A stretch of 64,000 nucleotides of DNA from an uncultured Desulfobacter sp. Its GTDB lineage: Bacteria; Desulfobacterota; Desulfobacteria; Desulfobacterales; Desulfobacteraceae. The position numbers and the translations under genes are program-made. The notes under the pieces are model-generated. The model was not told the DNA's origin. It saw nothing but the letters and a program-made list of their open reading frames with translations, and searched no databases. The DNA lies in NCBI GenBank assembly GCA_963665095.1, contig OY762069.1, positions 1,152,001 to 1,216,000 of the forward strand, written 5' to 3'. Below are positions 21,267 to 31,664 of the stretch, in pieces. Numbering within the stretch: the stretch's first letter is position 1; each line of letters opens with the position of its first letter.

Positions 21267-21700
21267 ATGCCACAAATTAAAAAATATCGCCAATCGGTAA
21301 AAACGCCGATTGTTGCCAGGCTGTTTCTGTCTCTGTGCATCGGATTGTTTTTACTGACTGGTGTAACATGGATGATGTATCCGCAGGTGAAAAGATTGCC
21401 AGCATCAACCCTTTCTTTCCAGGAAAGGGTGATCAGGCGGAACAGGTAGTAACCTTGCCGGGATATAGAGGGGATGGGATACGGTTAACCTACATCTATG
21501 AGGCCCTTTTTTTACAAAAAACAAAAACTGGTAGCATTCTTTTTCCCTGCAGCGATGCCCAAAGTTTGATGGAAATTTTAAAAAGCGTATCTGGTCCTGC
21601 ACCCTGCCCCCCTCCTGACACAAGGACAACGGTCTTTGCATACTTGACAAACACGCCGCATCCAGCGTATTTGCTCTGGCAGTTTAGAAATTGTTTATAA
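21267..21700 (+). pseudogene. Hypothetical membrane-anchored protein, apparently frameshifted
   Basis: Signal/TM N-terminus (MPQIKK...LLTGVTW) in one frame continues as DDVSAGEK... in another; one extra G near 21370 would join them. Confidence 0.45.
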
Positions 21701-21720
21701 CAGAACAGCTGGAACAAATT

Positions 21721-22596
21721 ATGAATTTACACCACTGGTGGCTGGCCATCCGCCCCAAAACACTTCCTGCAGCAGCCTGCCCTGTCATTGTGGGTGCGGC
21801 CTGTGCGGCATCAGACCACCTTTTTTCTGCTGTAATGTTTGCAGCAGCACTGGCAGGGGCTTTATTGATCCAGATTTCTGTTAATCTGGCCAATGACTAT
21901 TTTGATTTTAAGCATCACATTGACACGCCGGACCGGAAAGGACCGGTACGCATGACCCAGAGCGGCATGATCCCGGCATCTACCGTGAAAAATGCCTTTA
22001 TACTGACCCTGCTGCTGGCCCTGGCTTTAGGGGCCTGGCTGATCATCCAGGGCGGCCCTGTGATTTTGTATATTGTTATCGCCTCTATTCTCGGGGTGAT
22101 CTGTTACAGTGCAGGCCCCTACCCCATTGCGTCAAACGGGCTTGGGGAGGTGTTTGTGTTTATCTTTTTCGGGCCTGTGGCAGTGCTTGGCACCTATTAT
22201 CTTATGGCCGGACATGTGACTTTGTCTGTCTGCATCGCATCCATCCCTGTGGGACTGATGGTTACGGCAATTATTGTTGTCAACAATCTTCGGGACATAG
22301 AGACCGATGCAAAGGCTGGCAAGCGGACGCTGGCTGTGATTCTAGGTCCCTGGCGAACCAAAGTGGAATTTACCCTCCTGGTTTTAGTCGCCTTTTTAAT
22401 CCCCTGCCTGATGTTTGCCACAAGGCAATGGTCCTGGCTCATCCTTTTGCCCCTGGCAGTTTTCTGGAAATGCCCTGCCCTTTTTAAAACCATATTTGAA
22501 AAAAAAGGCACCGTGCTCAACATGGCCCTGGCTGACACGGCAAAGCTTTCCTTGTTTTTCTGCCTGCTTTTTTCCCTGGGCCTGATATTACAATAA
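21721..22596 (+). CDS. menA: 1,4-dihydroxy-2-naphthoate polyprenyltransferase
   Basis: AIRPKTLPAA, NLANDYFD, VNNLRDIETDAKAGKRTLAV. Confidence 0.93.
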   Translation: MNLHHWWLAIRPKTLPAAACPVIVGAACAASDHLFSAVMFAAALAGALLIQISVNLANDYFDFKHHIDTPDRKGPVRMTQSGMIPASTVKNAFILTLLLALALGAWLIIQGGPVILYIVIASILGVICYSAGPYPIASNGLGEVFVFIFFGPVAVLGTYYLMAGHVTLSVCIASIPVGLMVTAIIVVNNLRDIETDAKAGKRTLAVILGPWRTKVEFTLLVLVAFLIPCLMFATRQWSWLILLPLAVFWKCPALFKTIFEKKGTVLNMALADTAKLSLFFCLLFSLGLILQ

Positions 22597-22744
22597 ATTT
22601 GTAAAGACACCTATTAACATGCTTTTTCATGAGACATCTGGATTCTTCTTGTACACCTGACAGGGTTCTGGTATTTGTAATGTTTTCAAAACGACCAAGG
22701 CATCAGGAAGGGCCTGATGCCAATTTAATAGAAAGGAAGAAAAA

Positions 22745-23497
22745 ATGATAAAAAAAATGGTTGGGCTCACTTTAGTGGCAGCCATGCTTGCAGGTCTGTG
22801 CCTGACGTCAGCCGATGCAAAAGATGTTTACATTAACGGTATTGATTTTGGATTTCCTCCCTTTGGGTATGTGGACAAAGCAGGAAAACCCGCAGGCTTT
22901 GATGTGGAATGTGTGAACTGGATTGCCAAGGAGATGGGCTTTGACGTCAAACACCAGCCCATGGACTGGGACGGAATTATCCCGGCACTCAATGCAAAAA
23001 AGATTGATTTCATCGCCTCCGGTATGGGTGCCACTGAACCCAGAATGAAAATTGTCAACTTCACCATGCCCTATTACGAAGTCAGCCAGGTGCTTCTGGT
23101 CATGAAGGACCAGAAAACGGATTTTAACACGCTTCTGACTACGGGTAAAAAGATCGGTTCCCAGCGCGGCACCACCAGCTCCAGACGACTTCAGGAGCTT
23201 CTTGCCACCGGCAAATACAAGTTTGAAATTGTGGAATACGATTCAACAGATCTCAGCCTGGAAGATCTTAAGATCGGCCGCATTGACGGATCCAGCATGG
23301 ACTCGTCCATTGCCTATGAAGTCAGCAAAGGCCAGCCGTATAAAATTTCCGGCACCTTTGATGTACCCACTGAAAAGTACGCCTATGCCGTGCGCAAGGG
23401 GGATGACAAGCTGTTGAACCTGCTGAACGAAGGCCTGAAAAAACTCATGGCAGATCCCCAGTGGGAAGTATTGAAAAACAAGTACGACATTCATTAA
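22745..23497 (+). CDS. Polar amino-acid ABC transporter substrate-binding protein
   Basis: Signal peptide, FPPF, GFDVE, WDGIIPAL..KKID, QRGTT. Confidence 0.92.
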   Translation: MIKKMVGLTLVAAMLAGLCLTSADAKDVYINGIDFGFPPFGYVDKAGKPAGFDVECVNWIAKEMGFDVKHQPMDWDGIIPALNAKKIDFIASGMGATEPRMKIVNFTMPYYEVSQVLLVMKDQKTDFNTLLTTGKKIGSQRGTTSSRRLQELLATGKYKFEIVEYDSTDLSLEDLKIGRIDGSSMDSSIAYEVSKGQPYKISGTFDVPTEKYAYAVRKGDDKLLNLLNEGLKKLMADPQWEVLKNKYDIH

Positions 23498-23504
23498 TAC
23501 CCGT

Positions 23505-23541
23505 GAACAGGCGCAAGGGATTTTCTTCCCTTCGCCTGTTC
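23505..23541 (+). other. Intercistronic stem-loop after the binding-protein gene
   Basis: GAACAGGCGCAAGGGA...TCCCTTCGCCTGTTC. Confidence 0.55.
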
Positions 23542-23562
23542 TGCCCCATGAATTTTTAAGCC

Positions 23563-24264
23563 ATGACTGAAGTGATCACATTTTTTTTATCCATCACCGA
23601 GTCCCTGCCCTATGTGTTTTCAGGGCTTTGGATTACTGTGGTTCTCATCCTAGGCGCCATGGCCGTGGGTCTTGTGATCGGCATTCCCTTTTCAGTGATC
23701 CGTGTGTATGGCCATCCCGTTGCCCGAAAAATTGTGGCAGTCTATGTCTGGTTTTTCAGGGGCGTGCCCGTTCTTGTACTTTTTTACCTTTTTTATTTCG
23801 GGCTTCTGGCCTGGCTGGATCAGATGCCGGCCCTTGATTTCCTGCCCCTTGGCAACGCCTTTTTCGCAGCGATTTTCGTGCTGGGCATGACCACCGGGGC
23901 CTACCAGACCCAGATTTTTAAAGGCGCGATCCTGGCCCTGCCCCAGGGTCAGCTTAAAGCGGCACGGTCATTGGGGATGACTGATTTTCAGGCCATCTTC
24001 TCCATTATCCTGCCCCAGGCCTTACGGTTTTCCATTCCAGCCTGGTCCAATGAATACTCCATTGTACTCAAAGACTCTGCCCTGGCCTATGTGATCGGAG
24101 TGGCGGAACTGATGTCCAGAACCCGGTCCGTTGCGGCCCTGACCCATAAACCCCTGCCCTTTACCCTGTTTGCCGGCCTGATTTTCTTCATATTGACCTG
24201 GGTTGGGGTGACAGCGTTGACGCGCTTGGAACAGAAAGTGAGAATCAAGGGATATACCCAGTGA
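23563..24264 (+). CDS. Amino-acid ABC transporter permease
   Basis: FRGVPVLV, EAA-like loop GQLKAARSLGM, IILPQA, LKDSAL. Confidence 0.92.
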   Translation: MTEVITFFLSITESLPYVFSGLWITVVLILGAMAVGLVIGIPFSVIRVYGHPVARKIVAVYVWFFRGVPVLVLFYLFYFGLLAWLDQMPALDFLPLGNAFFAAIFVLGMTTGAYQTQIFKGAILALPQGQLKAARSLGMTDFQAIFSIILPQALRFSIPAWSNEYSIVLKDSALAYVIGVAELMSRTRSVAALTHKPLPFTLFAGLIFFILTWVGVTALTRLEQKVRIKGYTQ

Positions 24265-24286
24265 TGCTCACCAAGGATGCATACCT

Positions 24287-25048
24287 ATGACACAGCCAGT
24301 TGTTCTGGAAGCCCTGGGCATCGTCAAGGAACTTGGGGGGAATACCGTCCTGAACCAGGTGGATCTGACCCTTTCCAGGGGAGATCTGAAAGTACTGATC
24401 GGGCCCTCCGGATCCGGAAAATCCACCTTGTTGCAATGTCTGAATCTTTTACACATTCCAGAAGCCGGCACCCTTCTCCTGGATGGCAGTGACGTCAATT
24501 TCAACAAGAAATCAGACCTGTATGCACTGCGCCAGAAGGTGGGGATGATCTTCCAGGATTTTAACCTGTTTGACCACCTCTCTGCCCGGCAGAATGTTGG
24601 GATCGCTCTTAGAAAGGTGAAAAAACAGACCAAAAAACAAGCTGATGACAGGGCCTGCCAGGAACTTGCCCGGGTGGGGCTGGCCGATAAAATGGACCTT
24701 TATCCGGCCCAGCTTTCCGGCGGGCAGAAGCAGCGGGTGTCCATTGCAAGGGCGCTTGCCATGGATCCGGAGGTCCTGTTGCTGGATGAACCCACCTCTG
24801 CCCTGGATCCTGAACTGATCAGTGAGGTGCTGGTGGTAATCCGGGACCTGGCAAAGGCAGGCATGACCATGCTTATGGCCACCCATCAAATCTCTTTTTC
24901 CGCCAGCCTGGCCCATGAATTTGTGTTCATGGAGAACGGGCAGATTACCGAACAGGGAAAGCCTTCGGACCTGCTGGCTGAAAGCAGCGCATCCCGGACC
25001 CGGGACTTCTGTGCCAAAATATCAGAGCTCACCGGAGCAGAAGCGTGA
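24287..25048 (+). CDS. Amino-acid ABC transporter ATP-binding protein
   Basis: GPSGSGKST, LSGGQKQR, LLDEPTSALDP. Confidence 0.94.
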   Translation: MTQPVVLEALGIVKELGGNTVLNQVDLTLSRGDLKVLIGPSGSGKSTLLQCLNLLHIPEAGTLLLDGSDVNFNKKSDLYALRQKVGMIFQDFNLFDHLSARQNVGIALRKVKKQTKKQADDRACQELARVGLADKMDLYPAQLSGGQKQRVSIARALAMDPEVLLLDEPTSALDPELISEVLVVIRDLAKAGMTMLMATHQISFSASLAHEFVFMENGQITEQGKPSDLLAESSASRTRDFCAKISELTGAEA

Positions 25049-25737
25049 ACGACTTCTTCCCCTTTATCATGGAGCAGGTGATTCCCGGGCTGAACACAGG
25101 ACTTTGGGTGAGCATCCGCCTGATTGTCCCTTCAGCCCTGATCGGTCTTGTGATTGGCGTAGTCACCGGCACCTTGAGAATTTACGCACCGCTTCCTGTA
25201 AAACGGCTTTGCGATTTTTATGTGGCCGTATTCCGGGGCACCCCTTTGGTAGTGCAGCTCTACTTCTGGTACTTTGCCCTGCCCTACACCAGCTTTGGAG
25301 GCTTTCGCATTGTCATGTCTGCCATGACCTGTGCCATTGTGGGATTCTCCCTGTGTTCCGGTGCCTATCATTCCGAATACATCCGCGGCGGGCTTCTGTC
25401 CATTAAAACCGGCCAGCTGAAAGCGGCCCAGTCCCTTGGCATGACACCCTTTGAATCGGTAAAAAGCATTGTCCTGCCCCAAGCGTTCAGACACTCTTTT
25501 GCCGGATGCTGCAATGAAATCATCTACCTGATCAAGTACTCGTCTCTGGCCTCCATCATCACCATCAACGAGATGACCGGTATTGGCAGAGGCATAGCCA
25601 AGGCCACGTTCAGAAATGTGGAAACCTTCCTGGTGGTGGGGGTCTATTACCTGATGCTTGTCACCATTGCCAGCGCTATCCTGAATTATGTGGAACGGCG
25701 CATGGAAATCCCGGGTTTCGAGCGGCAGGCCCGGTAA
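25045..25737 (+). CDS. Amino-acid ABC transporter permease
   Basis: FRGTPLVVQL, SEYIRGG, VLPQAF, IKYSSL. Confidence 0.92.
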   Translation: MNDFFPFIMEQVIPGLNTGLWVSIRLIVPSALIGLVIGVVTGTLRIYAPLPVKRLCDFYVAVFRGTPLVVQLYFWYFALPYTSFGGFRIVMSAMTCAIVGFSLCSGAYHSEYIRGGLLSIKTGQLKAAQSLGMTPFESVKSIVLPQAFRHSFAGCCNEIIYLIKYSSLASIITINEMTGIGRGIAKATFRNVETFLVVGVYYLMLVTIASAILNYVERRMEIPGFERQAR

Positions 25738-25753
25738 ACCGGCCCTTAAGACG

Positions 25754-27214
25754 TCAAGCTGTTTCCACCCGGTTTCTGCCGTTATTTTTGGCCTTGTACA
25801 ACGCCTGATCAGCCCGTTGCAGCAGCGTTTCATTTTCTTCACCGACCTGCCACTGCGCAACACCAAGACTGATCTTTACTGAAATGGGCTCATCGTCATG
25901 ATATACGGTTTTGTCTTGAATGGTTTCCCGCAGCTGTTCTGCAAGAACAACACCATTTTTAAGCGTGCAACCCTTTAACAGCACCAGAAATTCCTCTCCG
26001 CCCCAGCGGCAAAGACAATCAGCTTCACGGATTTCCTCCCGCGTGGTGTTAGCGACATCTATCAAAACGGCGTCTCCGGCAAGGTGTCCATATCGATCAT
26101 TAATTTTTTTGAAATGGTCAATATCAAATAAAATTATTGTAATGGGCCGGTTATTTCTTTCCGCGTCGCGAAGTGCCTGATTAAATATAATATCAAACAC
26201 ATGGCGGTTTGTCAGTTGGGTGAGTTTGTCGGTTGTTGCCAATTTGACAAGCTCGCTTTGGTAAATATTTACCGTTGAGTATACCGCAGCAATAATGACG
26301 CCGCCAATTAGGAGTGTAATTAAGCAATTTTTAATCAGGAGCATGAAAAGATTATGACGATTTGCGCCTTTTAAGGATTGTTCAACAAATAAATAAAGCC
26401 CGATTTCTGGAATAAATCTGGTATTAAGCAGGAAGGTGTCATGATCCCGCTGATAGGAAATGGTGACAGGGTCAGTGTTTTTGGGACTGAGTTCAATGTG
26501 TTTGAGGCCGTCTACCTCTTTTGTATTTTTGAATGGCGGCCTAGTGATTCTGTTGGCAAGGATGACTTCATGCTGTTGATTGACGAAGTATATCTTCCTT
26601 TGATACCGTTTTGCATAATCATCAAAAAGATCCTGGATATTTTTAACGGTAACCCCGCTGCCAGCCACACCAAGCACCTTTCCATCATAATCAAATACCT
26701 TGTAATTTATAAATATGGTAAAACTGTCCTTGTTTGCATTATCAATTCCCAGGTTAATATCATATTCTTTTTCCATGGCTTTAACCTTGAAATACCAGGC
26801 ATCCCTTGGATTCTCTTCCGATATAGTGGTAAAAATACCTGTTGGATGATAATAGGCTCGGGTTCTGTCCGAGGCAAAAAAGCAGGTCACGGTATGAAAT
26901 TTTTCCTGAATGGTTTTCAGATATTTGGTAATCAGGGAGGTATTATGCTCCCCTTTGATAACCCAGTCTTTCAAATAGGTATCATTCGCCATCAAAGAAG
27001 AAATAAGCACCAGCTCGACAATATTTTTTCTTACCTCCGAATAGATATTGTCCCCGGTCAGAGGCAGAATATTTTCTGAAAGATCTTTTTTGTATAAATC
27101 TGACGTAGTGTAATAGCTGACAAAACCGGTGGCAATAAATCCGACCAAAAGCAGTATGCCGATAAGCGAAATAAGTTGTTTTTTATTGGCTAAATTAACA
27201 CCTGTATTTTTCAT
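25754..27214 (-). CDS. Cache-sensor diguanylate cyclase
   Basis: Two TMs around a Cache-like domain (PRDAWYF); DKLTQL.NR, DIDHFK, RWGGEEF. Confidence 0.92.
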   Translation of the reverse strand: MKNTGVNLANKKQLISLIGILLLVGFIATGFVSYYTTSDLYKKDLSENILPLTGDNIYSEVRKNIVELVLISSLMANDTYLKDWVIKGEHNTSLITKYLKTIQEKFHTVTCFFASDRTRAYYHPTGIFTTISEENPRDAWYFKVKAMEKEYDINLGIDNANKDSFTIFINYKVFDYDGKVLGVAGSGVTVKNIQDLFDDYAKRYQRKIYFVNQQHEVILANRITRPPFKNTKEVDGLKHIELSPKNTDPVTISYQRDHDTFLLNTRFIPEIGLYLFVEQSLKGANRHNLFMLLIKNCLITLLIGGVIIAAVYSTVNIYQSELVKLATTDKLTQLTNRHVFDIIFNQALRDAERNNRPITIILFDIDHFKKINDRYGHLAGDAVLIDVANTTREEIREADCLCRWGGEEFLVLLKGCTLKNGVVLAEQLRETIQDKTVYHDDEPISVKISLGVAQWQVGEENETLLQRADQALYKAKNNGRNRVETA

Positions 27215-27736
27215 GTTTCGCTCCTGTTCACCATTCTAAAAAATCCTGTTGCCCAGGATTAAGGCACTGCATTCAGCTTTTTCTGATTCCAGGATATATT
27301 ACAATAGAGCGTAGCCTTATACCCTTCATAATAAGCCAAAAGGAAACTTGGGGCAACCTTATCCTTCTCTATGGAGGGCCAATTCATAGGACAGACAGTC
27401 CGTTTTTCATACAGAATGTTTTTTCTATTGACGACTGCTTTTTTTGCATCCTGTAAATCAAGCTGACACTGTTTTATGAAAAATGGGCTTAACCATCTGT
27501 TTTGTATTTACTTGAAAATGATCATGAGTCACATCCACCCTCATTTTTCAAGCATTTCAGCGGCAATGTTTTTTTACCACACCATAGACTTTGGATTTTT
27601 CTTCTGGTCCCATACTTGCAGACTTATCTTAGATCGTTTTTCTCAATGAAGTATGGGTAATAAATGTTAACCGGTATCGATACACCATAATTTTCAAAAT
27701 TTTTTTAAGAATTATTAGAACAGGAGAAACAAAGGC

Positions 27737-29689
27737 ATGTCACGTCATGTTCAACTTGGAACAAAAATCAGCACCGGATTTGGTATTGTCCTGGTATTGC
27801 TGCTGGTGGCCGCAGCCGCAGGTTTTAACGGACTGTCAAAAGTCGTCAGGGAGATGACCGATGCCATTGACACCGGAAATCTGACCATAACGATGTACGA
27901 GTCACGCCAGCAGGAAAAGAACTTTATCATCAGAGGTGATACATCTTATATAAAGGCTGTTCTCACACAATCAGATCTGCTCAAAAAAGAGATTAATACT
28001 ATCAAAACCCGCTCAACTGATCCCGAAATCCACAGGCATCTGGACGACATGGCCGACATGGCTGATAAATACCGGCAGGCATTTGAAACCTATGTCAGCC
28101 TTGAAAACAGCGTCAAGGAAGCGGATACAGCCATGGTAGCATCGGCACGGCAGATGGAAGCTGCAGCCAATATCATTCTTGAAACTGACCGGGCAGAATT
28201 GGAACGTCTGATGACCCTGAATGCAGACTCCGTGCAGATCTTGACCGTAATGAAAGCCGCTGAGAACGCCGAAACCATCATCCGGAAGGTATTGCAATGC
28301 CGCCGCCATGAAAAAAATTTTCTGATCCGTAAAGAGGAATCCTACTTTATAAGAGTTAACGGTATCATTGATGACATTGCTGCCATGGGAAAGGAGAGCA
28401 CACAGATCTTACAAGCTGCAGATGGATACCGCCAGGCCTTTTCAAAATTGAAAACACTGAAAGACTCACAAAACGAAATTAACGGTACAATGGTAACATG
28501 CGCCCGTAAAATACAGGAAATTGTCAAGGCATCCCAGGCCGGCCAGCAGAAGAAAACAGACCGCCAAATTGTTAATGCAAAGAGGTTGATCATCGGGGTC
28601 ACGCTTCTGGCATTTGCCCTAGGTATCGGAACAGCCATTTTTATCAAGAGAAGTGTGTTTTCCCAGCTTGGCAGCGATCCAGCAGAAATTGCCGATATAA
28701 CCAACAATATTGCCAACGGAAACCTGGCAGTTATTTTTGATCCTGCGAAAAGTAAAGGTGTATATAAGGACATGAAGCATATGGCTGAGAACCTGTCCCA
28801 TATGCTCAGGGATATTACCAACGGTGTGCAGACCCTGACAGCCTCTTCAACCGAGTTGTCTGCCATATCGGAACAGATCTCTGCAAATTCTGAACATACG
28901 GCAGAGCGGTCCAATAATGTCTCGGCCTCTGCCGAAGAGATGGCTGCCAATATGAATTCTGTTGCAGCAGCCACAGAGCAGACCACCGTAAGTATCCAGA
29001 TGGTTGTGGCCGCTGCCGAAGAGATGTCGGCCACCATAAATGAAATCGCCGGAAACACGGCCAAAGGCAGTGGCACAACTTCCAGGGCGGTTGAAACAGC
29101 CAAAGAGGTTTCTTTAAAGGTGGATGAACTCGGAAAGGCCGCATCGGAAATAAACAAGGTGACAGAGACCATTGCCGATATATCCGAGCAGACCAACCTG
29201 CTTGCCCTGAATGCAACCATTGAGGCGGCAAGGGCGGGTGAGGCCGGCAAGGGGTTTGCCGTTGTGGCAGGGGAAATCAAGGCGCTTGCCCAGCAGACAG
29301 CCGAGGCAACAAGCGAAATAAGCCACAAAATTTCAGGGATTCAGGCAACAACCAATGAATCCGTTGCCGCCATTGAATCCATTGTGGACATCATTAATGA
29401 AGTAAATGACATCGTAACAGCAGTGGCCGCGGCCATTGAAGAGCAGGCGGCCACAACCAGGGAGATAGCCAATAATGTGGCCCAGGCATCCCAGGGTGTC
29501 CAGGAGGTTAATGAAAATGTAAACCAGACATCTGCTGTGGCTGGTGAGGTGACAAAGGATATTGCCCAGGTCAGCAATGCAACTGAAGAGATGAATCAGG
29601 GCAGCAGACAGATTTATACCAGTGCCCACGAACTGTCCAGACTGGCGGAAAACTTAAATGCCATGGTGGGCCAGTTCAAACTATCCTGA
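27737..29689 (+). CDS. Methyl-accepting chemotaxis protein (HBM-like sensor)
   Basis: Two TMs, repeated Rxx[31 protein letters not shown]. Confidence 0.95.
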   Translation: MSRHVQLGTKISTGFGIVLVLLLVAAAAGFNGLSKVVREMTDAIDTGNLTITMYESRQQEKNFIIRGDTSYIKAVLTQSDLLKKEINTIKTRSTDPEIHRHLDDMADMADKYRQAFETYVSLENSVKEADTAMVASARQMEAAANIILETDRAELERLMTLNADSVQILTVMKAAENAETIIRKVLQCRRHEKNFLIRKEESYFIRVNGIIDDIAAMGKESTQILQAADGYRQAFSKLKTLKDSQNEINGTMVTCARKIQEIVKASQAGQQKKTDRQIVNAKRLIIGVTLLAFALGIGTAIFIKRSVFSQLGSDPAEIADITNNIANGNLAVIFDPAKSKGVYKDMKHMAENLSHMLRDITNGVQTLTASSTELSAISEQISANSEHTAERSNNVSASAEEMAANMNSVAAATEQTTVSIQMVVAAAEEMSATINEIAGNTAKGSGTTSRAVETAKEVSLKVDELGKAASEINKVTETIADISEQTNLLALNATIEAARAGEAGKGFAVVAGEIKALAQQTAEATSEISHKISGIQATTNESVAAIESIVDIINEVNDIVTAVAAAIEEQAATTREIANNVAQASQGVQEVNENVNQTSAVAGEVTKDIAQVSNATEEMNQGSRQIYTSAHELSRLAENLNAMVGQFKLS

Positions 29690-29767
29690 TTCAAACACGT
29701 TACAGTGCCTGGCAAAGCCTAAGCCCCAACTTCAACCAGGCTCTGTAACGCATCTCATCAATAAAGA

Positions 29768-31369
29768 TCAGGACTTGCCGCAGCGAAGGACTTTTCCGGA
29801 TTCCGCCTTGGTATATTTTCCGGATTCCATGGCAATTATTCCGTTTACAATAACCAGGTCAATGCCAAGGGGCGGCCGATCCGGCTGGTCAAAACTTGAC
29901 TGATCACAGATCCGGTCCATATCCACCAGGATCAGATCCGCATCCATACCGGTACGAATAATCCCCTTGGTACCAAGGCCCATGCGCTGGGCCGGGAATC
30001 CGCTCATCTTCCTTACAGCGTCTTCAAGGCGCAGAACTTTCTCTTTTTTGACAAAGGTATCAAGAATCTTGGGAAAAGTGCCATAGGTTCGTGGATGGAC
30101 TTTGGCGCCCGGTGCCCCCGGAATGGTATCAGATGCCACAAACACGGCCGGGTGCCGGAGCACGGTGGCCACATCCTTTGACGACATAACACAGAACCCG
30201 CAAGTGTCTTCGCCCGGATTTGACAGGATCAGATCAAAGGCGGTTTCAAGTGGCGGTTTCCCATGGATAACAGCAGCCCTAGCCAGGTTTTTTCCCTCAT
30301 ACTGAGGGGTCTTGGGAAAATAAAGCAGTATCACACCATCTGCTCCGCCGCTGTTTCGGTACATATTGTCAAATTCTTCAGACAATTCAATTTCTTCAAT
30401 AATCCGTGGTTTCAGTTCCGGATCTGCCAGACGTTTGGCCATGGCCTCAAATCCGCCCTCATGGACCCAGCCTGGCAAAATGCTGCGCAGCATGGTGCTG
30501 GAAACATCATAGGGATACTGGTTGGCTGTTACATCAATTCCCTGGTGCCGGGCGGCATCAATAAGTTCAAGGCTTTGTTCCACCAGACCGAAATTTTTGC
30601 TGCCGCAGACCTTGTGATGGGAAATCACCACAGGAATATTGTTTTTACGCCCCACGTCAATGGTCTCAGCCACGCTTGCCAGAAGCTCGCCGGCCTCGTT
30701 GCGCATATGACTTTCATACACGCCTCTGGTGGCACTTAAACCTGCGGCAATGCCGGAAATCTCCCGGTCCCCGGCCCAGACACCAGGGGGATAGATCAAA
30801 CCCGAGGTGAGTCCGGCTGCACCCTGATCCCTGCATTGCCGCAACTCCCGGGCCATGGTGCGAATATCATCATCTGTTACCTTGCGGTTATCAAATCCCA
30901 TTTGTGAAATACGCAGGGTACCGTGTCCGATAAAACTGAATACATTTACCCCAAGCGCTTGTTTCCCAAGATGGTCAAGCCATTGTCCAAAACTGCGCCA
31001 GGACCAGTCAGACTGGACACCGGCTTTGGCAAAGCCCAGGTACAGGTCCAGTTCCCCCGCATATTTATCCGTCACCGGGGCCGCTGAAAATCCGCACTGA
31101 CCAATTCCCACCGTGGTTACTCCCTGGGCCAGTTTATAGGCAAGGTCCGGGGTGCCAAGCAGCTGAAAATCACAATGGGTGTGGGTGTCTATGAACCCGG
31201 GCATGAGATACCGGCCTGCCCCGTTAATCACCCGGGACGCGTCTGTGCCGGATAGCAGATTTCCTGCCAAAACGATTTTTCCATCTTTGATCCCCACATC
31301 TGCCTGGAACCAGGCAGAGCCTGTGCCATCAACAATCCTGGCGGCTTGAATAACAATGTCAAATGTCAT
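29768..31369 (-). CDS. N-acyl-D-amino-acid deacylase (D-aminoacylase)
   Basis: PGFIDTHTH, GQCG, SGLIYPPG, SHMRNE, SHHK, HPRTYGTFP. Confidence 0.9.
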   Translation of the reverse strand: MTFDIVIQAARIVDGTGSAWFQADVGIKDGKIVLAGNLLSGTDASRVINGAGRYLMPGFIDTHTHCDFQLLGTPDLAYKLAQGVTTVGIGQCGFSAAPVTDKYAGELDLYLGFAKAGVQSDWSWRSFGQWLDHLGKQALGVNVFSFIGHGTLRISQMGFDNRKVTDDDIRTMARELRQCRDQGAAGLTSGLIYPPGVWAGDREISGIAAGLSATRGVYESHMRNEAGELLASVAETIDVGRKNNIPVVISHHKVCGSKNFGLVEQSLELIDAARHQGIDVTANQYPYDVSSTMLRSILPGWVHEGGFEAMAKRLADPELKPRIIEEIELSEEFDNMYRNSGGADGVILLYFPKTPQYEGKNLARAAVIHGKPPLETAFDLILSNPGEDTCGFCVMSSKDVATVLRHPAVFVASDTIPGAPGAKVHPRTYGTFPKILDTFVKKEKVLRLEDAVRKMSGFPAQRMGLGTKGIIRTGMDADLILVDMDRICDQSSFDQPDRPPLGIDLVIVNGIIAMESGKYTKAESGKVLRCGKS

Positions 31370-31664
31370 TATTTCTGCTCCTGATACAGTTATGAATACT
31401 GTTTCTACGCCATGAAATTTGATTTGGCAACGCTTTTCCCGGCGGTTAAAAATACGTTTCATATAAAATTTTCTTGACTAAACAAGTTTTATTATTCATA
31501 GATTTTATCCAGTTACGAAACCGCAGATCGCAATAATTTCAAGTTACGAATTCATTTTTTTATTAAAACAGACACAGGCAGCTAGGATGTGTCTGTGCCA
31601 GTACTCGAACTTGAATGTCGCCCTTTAATCCCCCGTTATTAACGAATAAAAAAGAGCTTACATT

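Noticed and set aside
27330..27360. GAAA-capped hairpin between the GGDEF and MCP genes, considered as a c-di-GMP-I riboswitch
   Set aside because: Lacks the GGCAAACC...GACGCAAAGC consensus and the second stem.
28342..29328. 328-aa antisense ORF
   Set aside because: Shadow of the MCP signalling domain on the opposite strand, with no recognisable motifs. The other short antisense or overlapping ORFs in the track are rejected for the same reason.
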